Shown here: positions 54,568 to 64,000 of the stretch, in pieces | How positions within the stretch are numbered: the stretch's first letter is position 1 | Layout: every line of letters begins with the position of its first letter | Source of the DNA: Octopus vulgaris | Lineage: Eukaryota | Reading direction: 5' to 3' | Assembly (NCBI GenBank): GCA_951406725.2 | Contig: OX597823.1 | Location: 75,392,001-75,456,000 of the forward strand | Length of the DNA: 64,000 bases | Notes under the pieces: generated by a model | Databases searched by the model: none | Seen by the model: only the letters and a program-made list of their open reading frames with translations | Told to the model about the DNA's origin: nothing | Made by a program: the position numbers and the translations under genes

Positions 54568-54842
54568 AATGAGGGTGAAAAATCGATATTAATTTAATAA
54601 TACCATTAATTTAACACCAAGTGGCTTAGCACAAAAAACTACGGAGAAAATACAAATTTATACATAAATTATTAGAGAGTTATCCACTATGTGGATAACT
54701 CTAGTGCTAAAAATAGCTCCGAAGCAACCACAGAAGAACAGTTTCCAACTAGAATCAACATACATTTGACGGATGTGGTTGCTTCGGAGCTATTTTTAGC
54801 ACTAGAGTTATCCACATAGTGGATAACTCTCTAATAATTTAT
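54560..54842. repeat. Inverted-repeat element between (TA)n tracts (arms about 54664-54731 and 54774-54841), probably Penelope-derived
   Basis: The arms are about 68 bp and appear perfect. Each contains the internal palindrome agagttatccac-tat-gtggataactct. Confidence 0.8.
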
Positions 54843-55034
54843 ATATATATATATATATATATTTGTCAATCATACATCTATCTATATCATATATATGTAT
54901 ATGTGTGTATATATATATTTATACATATATACAATATATATGTATATATATATATATAACTACATATACATACATACATTCGCAGGCGCAAACACATGTA
55001 TAAGTATAGACACACACACACACATATATATAGG

Positions 55035-55082
<48 letters not shown>

Positions 55083-55674
55083 AGGTATGCGCATATGTAT
55101 GTACGTATGTATTCTCACTTGCATATACACTTTCTATAACATGCGGTTGCTTCGTGTTTCTGTGTGTGTAAGATTAATGTGTCTATATTGTTTGTTCCTA
55201 CAAGAATAACATTATACGTAAGGAAAAAAATATTTATGAAATGCAAGGACAATAATAAAAAAAAAAGAATCTACAGCTGTAATTTGGGTAGAACTGACTC
55301 CAGATGTCTGACATAATGTCTGAGACAGATAAAGAAACATATTTTGTAGGTCACCAGCTGACAGTGTGTTATTGTTTGTTATATTTGTAAGGAATATCAA
55401 TATATCATTCTTCTTGAATTATGATGATTCTTTTGATCTCTAGCAACATTTCCAAAGTATATTTCATTGCCGTTGTTTGTATTTTGATGTGACCACTTTT
55501 ATTGATTCTCGTCTCTAGGTTCGATAAAGGAATCTTTTCTCGTTTGTATATTTTTGTATAGGTGGCTGGAATTTGCAGTTCAAAGAAAAATGAATATAGA
55601 CTGTTTTAATATGCTCTCACTAACAAAAACCCACATTTAGGTTGTTGTTCTTATTTTTATTAGTGTTATGAACA

Positions 55675-55860
55675 TGGCGGGCTGGCACAATCGTGAGCGC
55701 CTCGGGTGAAATGCTTAGAGAACTTTCTTCCGATACTTTACTTTCTGAGCGCCAATTTCACAGAAGCCGACTGTGCTTTTCATCCTTTCCGGGTCGATCA
55801 CCTGAATCGAAATGACCCACATACATTCTCTTCCCAATATTACCACATGTGCCAAGTTTG
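55675..55860 (+). mobile_element. SINE, family A, degenerate
   Basis: ggcgggctggcacaatcgtgagcgcc..tttcatcctttccgggtcgat. Confidence 0.75.
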
Positions 55861-55872
55861 ACCTCATCCCCA

Positions 55873-55955
55873 TTGTCGTTGTCGTCGTCGTCGTCGCCAT
55901 CATCGTCATCATCATCGTCATCATCATCATCATCGTCATCGTCGTCATTAGCACG

Positions 55956-56002
<47 letters not shown>

Positions 56003-56010
56003 TACTACTA
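55873..56010. repeat. (GTC)/(ATC)/(ATT) trinucleotide tracts
   Basis: Direct reading. Confidence 0.9.
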
Positions 56011-56184
56011 TTTTAAAAAGGATTGACGTAACTCTTCACAAGCGTAAAGAGTCAAGACGAAAAGCACGATTCGATTGTAATAGATATCTTATTGGTTGAA
56101 CGATATTTCAAGTTCAAAATAAGAAGTTGTAAATATTCAAAATAATAGAAATTTAAATGTAAAGTATGAACGAGAGCAACCAGC

Positions 56185-57330
56185 GTCCACACGTTGATGA
56201 AATTACATCATCAGTATTTCAGTTTCAATTTTATAACAGGTGGAAATAAAAAGACAGAAAAACGACAAAAAAAGAGGAAAGAAGAAAGAGAAAAAGAAGA
56301 ATATTTAATCAAACATTTTTCTATAAATTTTATGATATTCTCCTGTCATTTTATTCATTCATCCAAGACATGATATTAAACATATTTCTCCTCAAGCATT
56401 CTGAGAAGTGTAAGTGAAGCAGATTCACAATATTTTCTGAGAATATGCACTTTCAAGTCTTCTTCAAAATTTCAACCAACCGCTTGAAACGAAATGTTCA
56501 GCAAGTTCTGTCGTACTACAGTTTTTGATACTGACGTCGAATTTGTGCCCATAAACCTTTTGTTTATTTGTTCTGTTGTAGTACAACCAACATAAATTAA
56601 GTTGTGTTTCGTGCATTCTTTCGCGTACACCAAATGGAAATCTATACATGTCCCACCTTCTGTATAAATCATAGCATTTCTGTTATGGTTCCAGATGGAA
56701 TTCACTTAACACGTGTTGTTGGACAATGAACAAGGCTTACGTCTCTTGCGGTTGTTTTTAAAGTACAGCATGCAGATATTCTAATGCTCGTTTTCTTGGA
56801 GTCATTGATAGGTCAATGATTCTGTTATATTCTTATTCCGTGTAAAGGCCACAATAGGCGGCTGAGTAACTATCTGTTTGAAACGAGGATATCTTTTTCG
56901 CCACATGCTGGTAATATTCGTGCAACACTTTTGAAATGCCAGTGAAATTTCCGTGCCAGTTAATCACTTAAGGAATTCTATCATCTATTGTATTGCGTTT
57001 GCTAAAATTATGCGTGAAGGTTTTACTATCTTTGCTAATTTTAGCATTTTCATTTGCTATTTCCTATAATTGTGTTTCACTGTAACCGTGTTTGACATAA
57101 TGATGTACAAAAACATTTGCATGTGTCCAGTAATCCCCTATGTCAGTACAAATCCGTCTTATCCTCAAAAATTAGGATTTCGGATTTGACCGAATAATAT
57201 GATGTGGATGATCGCAGCGGCGGTGGAGATAAATGTGGGATGGCGTGGGCATGCAAAATAACACTGTCACTATTCTGCCTCCAGAAACTTCACATTTTTT
57301 TGTCCAAAAACTCAACTAGACGTGAATTTT
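56185..57330 (-). mobile_element. Penelope-like retroelement remnant: RT C-terminus plus GIY-YIG endonuclease, with frameshifts
   Basis: VEFLD..GGRIVTVLFCMPTPSHIYLHRRCDHPHHIIRSNPKS*FLRIRRICTD matches the PLE KPT..YLH..S.HP..IP.SQ.LR.RRICS motif. LVYAKECTKHNLIYVGCT..INKRF..HKFD..ELAEHF is GIY-YIG-like. Confidence 0.88.
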
Positions 57331-57339
57331 ATGTTGGAC

Positions 57340-57925
57340 TTTAAATCATAGTTTTTAGCACTGTTTTCTGCAACTTTACTAAACTGAATTGTATGGCTAT
57401 TTCCTCTCTCGATCTGTTCAGATCTTTAGAAATAGTTCCCAATTCAGCTATAACTACTGGTATACATTATTCCCGCACTTTCCTTAGTCTGTGTAATTCA
57501 ATAGCTAGGTCTTGGTACTTTGCTATTCTTTCTAAATTTATATTAATTTTTCATTATTTGGGACTGTAAGGTCAATTATCTTGCACATTCAGGCTTTCTA
57601 GCTTCTATTATTCTGTCAGTCTGAATGTTAAATTCCCACGACATCTTATATTTCTTACTTTCTGGTACTTTTCTAGGTTCATGTTCATACCATTTATCAG
57701 TATGTTCAAATCCTAGCTTTCTACAAAGCTCCCAATGGATTGAACTCCTTAGTTTTTCATGCTGCTTCTTGTATTCTATTTGTGCCAGCATGCTACATTC
57801 ACTTAATATATGATTAACCACTTTCCTCCTTCCATTTGCATAATCTACGCTGAGAATATACTTGGTTTTTGTCTATTTGGGCTTTTATCCAATTAGTCCT
57901 TAATGATTATGTTGCGCAGCTGCTA
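57340..57925 (-). mobile_element. R4/Dong-like LINE 3' fragment (zinc knuckle plus restriction-like endonuclease)
   Basis: VNHILSECSMLAQIEYKKQH..IHWELCRKLGF..KWYEHEP..WEFNIQTDRIIEARKP..IIDLTVP..IAKYQDLAIEL. Confidence 0.85.
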
Positions 57926-58919
57926 ATTGTGATGGTTTCTATAAAAAAAAATTAGTTCAATAGAGAACATACTATTCAATATCAACACACCACTTTGAAT
58001 ATAGATGAATATAAATAAACATAGAAAGGATATAGATATTTATTTCGGAATTATTAGAAAAAAAAATTCACACACATTACATTTTTATAACTGAATAGGT
58101 AAAATACCTAAATATAGAAGCGACAAAATACTACAATTGCTAAACAGACGCAGAATGAAAATAAAGAGCTAGAATTATAAAGAGAAGGAACTGATCAATC
58201 GTTTGAAAGTTAAATATGATAAAATATATCAAGCATATATATATTTGTATAAAAGCAAAAATATCACCAAACTACTAGTTTTTAATTTTAAATAATCACG
58301 TAGAATTCTAGTATCACACAATTATAAAGAAACTGCAGCCAGAAATACATATATTTCACACAAAAGATAATCCTGAATGGAATAAAGAAAAATTACATCT
58401 GCTTACGGAGTATGGGACCATAAAATTTCACCGCCAAGGCAAGCTGTACAACACACTATACTGGACATATTGGGGAAAATTCTCTCAAATGAAAAGGACT
58501 GACAGTATAACATATTCTCTCTCAATATCTGGGTGTCGTGTTATCTGGGTGATACAAAAATACCAATCAAAGTATAAGACATCCAAATAGACATAGATAC
58601 ATAACGAGTATCGTTTATTCTCCAAGTATTTCAGAATTTGGCCAAATCGTGATTAAGAAAACACGAAAATGTTCAGAGACAAAATGCATATGACCACGAA
58701 TACATATTGGGAAGTGTCCAGTAGAAGGCTCCGAAGCAAGCTTCATAAAATGTGGATAGAGAGTATACAGGCTAATTGTTACATTTCAGGTAAGATACAC
58801 CTTTGTACTGAATGTACCGAAGATCTAGTAAGATAAATCAAACAAAATAAGTACAAAATAATAAAGACTGAGAACTGCCATTTGACCTAGAATTACAATA
58901 AGATTGGGAAATCTTACAG

Positions 58920-59010
<91 letters not shown>

Positions 59011-59039
59011 TCACAATTTAGGTTAGTTGAAATACGTTT

Positions 59040-59160
59040 GGCTCTGATGATGGGATATCAACAATATCCGAGAAAAAGGCTTATCTACTTATCTGTCTTT
59101 CTCCTCATACATGTCCCGGAAACACCTCATAGCATTGGCTTTGGTTTCTCATTTTGACTT
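59040..59160 (+). ncRNA. Decayed hammerhead and flank, related to the 30408 element
   Basis: CTGATGA-t-gggatat(caaca)atatcc..GAAA with stem III lost; the downstream sequence resembles 30456-30520. Confidence 0.45.
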
Positions 59161-60317
59161 ATATATATAAATGAGTGAAGGAAGATGTATTTCTCTCAGA
59201 TTCGTGTGACATTTTATAATTCTTACATTACCTAACTTAAAATTATCTTCGAAATCTCAACGTGCTTGAAGTTATATTAAGGCACGTCGACAGCATGTGT
59301 TGGAGTTAGACTCTGAAAATTGTACTGCACCTGAGCTCCATACATTTCCTCTAACAGTTATTTATTTTATATCAGCTAGAGTTTCCCTGCATGCAGTAAC
59401 TACCTCCTTACCTGTCTTATTGTATTGACATATTGGGAGTATTACCTTTGATTTGTAGCTCTTCACTAACTCTACCATCTGAAACGAGATTTGATAGAAT
59501 GGTTGTGAGAGATGGAGCCACTTACCGTAGATGACAGGAAATCATTATTTTCGGTATGCGATCGATAGTATCACTAAAATGTAAGTGTGGCCATGAATTT
59601 AAATCACGATGCTATGTTTAAATAAAAGCTTTAGTCACCTGGCGTGAATTAAGGACCCTATTTGAAGATACACTTTCTAGTAAGAAAGGACGTTATAGTT
59701 TCCTCGTGTGAGTAAGCTTAGGGAATATCATGGGATATACTTTATGATTTATACGTGAAGAGCACTGAAAATTGTTCTCGAACGTGGGAGCGGGGACATC
59801 TAATAGGCGCATAATATCTGGACTATACACAGTTTGAAGCTATATTTTCTCTGCAATTATTAAAAGTTAGGTGGACAGTCCATTTGAAAAATGAAAATAT
59901 TTGCTACTAGTCTTATAACAATTTATATGATCTAGCATATGTCTCGTCATTAAATCTCATGAGAATATTAATGTATACTGTAAAAATAGTATATCAACGT
60001 TTGAAAAAAGATTTCTACAGTAAACGGCAAAAGTTGAATAAATTTTAATACTTTATATATGCACACGAATCTAATATCACCATATCCCATATACATGTAA
60101 ATATTCTATGCATTTATTTTTACTTCATATTTATATTATATATTTTATATTCATATCGTTCCATTTATTTATTTTGTCGCTTTGCTTTAAATATTTTTTA
60201 GATACATTTCCCAAAATTTCCTCATAGCAATGGTCGATTGCGTAGCATATTCGATCAATACGAGACTCACACAAAAAAATCACATCTTCATACACATTCA
60301 TATATATATATATGTAT

Positions 60318-60362
<45 letters not shown>

Positions 60363-61110
60363 CATACATACACACATATTAATATCATCATATGTATCAG
60401 TGGTTATTGCATATGTATGTACACACGAACATACACACAAACTCATACACACACACACACACACACACTCATATACACACATATACACATACACATTATC
60501 TATGCATATGTGATAGTGAACCAATAAATCGATCGATATTTCAGATTTTATTCATTTTTATATTTATTTCTATTAGTGCTCCATTTGATCTGATCTTTTA
60601 TATTTGAGGAAAGGCTACAGATATCGATTGATCTAAAGGAATTTTATTAAGTCCAATCGACTCTTCTACTTCTATACAGAATTTGTCTATACTTATTAAC
60701 ATAACCTCATTCTCCAATATACATACACTTCCAGAAATATCTATGACGTTGTCGTAGCCCAAGTTGAATGTTATAGATTTTAGTTCTCGCTCATAAATGT
60801 ACAAATGATTATTTCTATTTTATTTTATATACTCACTGGTTAGTATTTAACACCAAAAAAATCCGTTTGAAAGTGAGAGGAATGTTGATATTTCGTATAA
60901 TATTTTAAATTTTCAAATGTACGTCGAATAGCTTAATTTCCTATTGCTCACATTTTATAATTTTGATCTTTCTCATGGATACCAAACTGTATAAACAACA
61001 TGAAAATATCTTTGCATTTTACGTCTTTTAACGTCAAACAGTATATATATCACTTTGTTATGCTAAGCAGACTATTAAGTTTAATCACGGTTCACACACA
61101 CAATATATAC

Positions 61111-61183
<73 letters not shown>

Positions 61184-61213
61184 CAAAATAAGCAACAAGG
61201 ATATCCAAAGGTA

Positions 61214-61303
61214 ATGCAGTACGATCGTTTCATGCGACTTCATTTAATTAGACAAAGCAACTATTACATCAGTTTTAAAATGTAGAGCAATCTTCAGCTG
61301 CAT
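61214..61303 (-). ncRNA. Type I hammerhead ribozyme with a long domain II
   Basis: Minus strand reads atgcag-CTGAAGA-t-tgc[about 50 nt]gca-t-GAAA-CGATCG-TA-ctgcat. Stem I is a perfect 6 bp, stem III is the palindrome ACGATCGT and the triplet is GUA. Confidence 0.72.
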
Positions 61304-61589
61304 ATAAACATAGAATTTTAGTTAAATTGAAAAGATTCATATTTATTCATGGAGACACTGCTTATCACTGATTTTACTTTGGTATTTAGATTTAATATTT
61401 GGGGAGTGGGTTTAATATTATTCTATTTAGTCTAGTGGAGACAACAACTAGAATATAACTTTTATAGATAGAGGAAGAGACAGTTTCAGTGGCAGATATA
61501 TAAATCAAATTCTCTTTGAAGATACTCATTTGGTACAGTTATATATATATATATATATATATAGTTTTAATTGTTTACACTTTAACCTT

Positions 61590-62210
61590 GATGGTATTCT
61601 CCATTTAATGCAATGCACCGGTCAACACGCGTTTTTGACTGTTCGACGCAGTTCTGTTACCCTTGCGAAGTGAAGCCTTTTACCGCCGCCGTTGTTTTTC
61701 GTCAACTCATACACAGTTGCAAATCCCATAGTAAAAGATTTCGTCACCAGTGATGAACTTCGAAACAAAGGTCCGGATCAATTTGCAACTGTTCTTTCAG
61801 TTCGGGACATGCATTCATTTGTCATTGCTTTTGACCTTCTGTGAGCAAACGAGGCTCAAACTTTTCTCCAACTCACTTCATTCGCAATTCCTCACTCAAA
61901 ATGTGTTGGTAGGAAACCCAGGCCACCCCAATCATATCAACAAGTTCCACAAATTTTCAGCGACTGTCCTCCACGATCAGTTAATGAATTTTCATGTTTT
62001 CATTCGTCCGGAACGATGTTGGTCCTGAAGAATCGAGTGACCATTCCTATTGCGTGGAAATCATTCGTAAATTTGTTTTGCTCATAGCAGCGTCATCGTA
62101 AGCTGCTTCAAGCATAATAGCTGTTTCGGCTGCCATTTTCCCCAGCGGAACACAGAATTTTGTTGCCGTTGGAAAACCGAGCATAACTCACCGAAGATGC
62201 GATTTGAAAT
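61590..62210 (-). mobile_element. mariner transposase remnant
   Basis: Pieces DQHRSGR, EELRMKRV..KFEPRLLTE..ELKEQ..DPD..KFITGDE and a C-terminal DRCIALNGEY. Confidence 0.8.
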
Positions 62211-62353
62211 GTTAACTTTCATGCCCAAATGACAATGTAACCTTCATATAATTAAGGTAACTTCAGCCTAATGAGTAGGTAACCGAGTGCTCTTCGTTGA
62301 GTAATTAATACACAAGAGGAAATACTAGCTAGGAATCATGTTTCACTACCTAA

Positions 62354-62380
62354 ATTTGAATATATATATATATGTGTGTG

Positions 62381-62462
<82 letters not shown>
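62354..62462. repeat. (TA)n(TG)n microsatellite
   Basis: Direct reading. Confidence 0.95.
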
Positions 62463-62464
<2 letters not shown>

Positions 62465-63582
62465 TGTATTTATAATACATGTGCATATATATAAGAATAT
62501 ATATACTCATTCACAATTTGAGGAAGCAATTTCCACGTAAAAGCAATCTTGATTTTTATTTTTTTATTAGCTGTTGTAGTCCCGAATTTAGAAACTGGTG
62601 CTTTTAGTGTGTTTCAATGCTTCTCTGGTATTGGTAGTAGTTCGTGTTGTGGTCCGGAATTTGTGAATGTTGGTAATTTTAATGTGTTATAATGTGTTGG
62701 CGTAAAGTTTATGACATGGATACACACACTCATAGATACAAAATACATGGAGATCACAAGTAGCTCAAATTTTAACCTACGGAATTTGTCTTGTAGCACC
62801 GTTTTTGACATTCCTAGTATTGATATTAGTTCTTGTGTGTTGTATGGTTTTTGTGCACCTTGTATGTTAAATGCAATATTTTATTCTTAGAATCGGTATA
62901 GATTTTGGTTGAATGATTTGATTCATAGATAGCACCAATGCTGTTTATCAAAACTTTATTTCTTCCTAGTATATTTTTTTCGTATATTACAAAACACACT
63001 AAGAGTTATTGCTGTCCTTTTGCCACCTCTATTGCATTAATGTATGTGTAAATATGAAAATAGTTTAGTATGTGTGATAGGTAAGTTTAGCTTACTTTTC
63101 AAATGGATTCGATGTTTAAGTAGCATTGTAGCGTTTAATATTAGCTAAATTTTAAACGATAACTTGCTAAGCACATAAAATATGCGTCTTTTAAAGTAAG
63201 TTTGTTTACATTTGAAAATATCTAAACTTTGTCGTCAACTAAGTCAAATACGATATTTCGTAACTCAGGACTAAAATTCACTTATTTTTCTTGAAGAGAT
63301 CAAACAATATAAGATTATTGCATCTTTGAAGTTATATTTATTGATGAATCTTAAATATTGTTATAGCGAAACATATATTTGTATGAAGAATATCTTTTGC
63401 GATGTAGAATATCTTTTGGGTTATTTTGTTGGCTGAGGCGGTTACTTTTACAATCTTATACTCTCATGGGTATATATCGTTTCATCTTTTAATCTCCATT
63501 GCTTTTCCAATTGTAATACAGTTAAAACAAACTAAGCATTTAAAAATTGTTTCTTCTCCATTTTCTTTTATTGACATTTTAA

Positions 63583-63763
<181 letters not shown>

Positions 63764-64000
63764 AAGAGAGAGAGTTAAAGTGTGGTGGGGTACAGTAATA
63801 GATATGCACTATAAGTGCTTAGTTACGTTTACCTCGAAAACTTCCGTGTGAAGAGCAGCCAAGAAAAAGCACTGTTGAAGCTGCCTATCAAAGATGGTTA
63901 GAAGTGATTCGTACTTGAGCAGGAGAATATATATTGAAAACAATTCAATAATTGATATGTTTTACGACGACTCATCTGAAACATTTGATCATGGGTCTAC

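Noticed and set aside
57960-58920. A-rich block that might be a decayed retroelement ORF
   Set aside because: No diagnostic motif could be read

Overview
This is AT-rich eukaryotic DNA dense in microsatellites. The SINE repertoire suggests an octopus or other cephalopod (inference). Almost all ORFs in the supplied track are translations of (TA)n, (CA)n or (AAT)n repeats. Recognisable content: about 20 tRNA-derived SINE copies from at least two families; decayed LINE pieces (RTE, Tx1/L1-like, R4/Dong-like); a Penelope-like RT/GIY-YIG remnant; four Tc1/mariner relics; and Helitron-like termini. The most distinctive signal is a set of short, often inverted-repeat, non-coding elements next to (TA)n tracts that carry minimal type I hammerhead ribozyme (HHR) folds from several unrelated sequence families. 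These include natural U3-A8 and G3-C8 swaps of the conserved C3-G8 core pair. A possible four-exon, frameshifted gene of unknown identity lies on the + strand at 19803-26157. All calls were made by eye and none was checked against a database.
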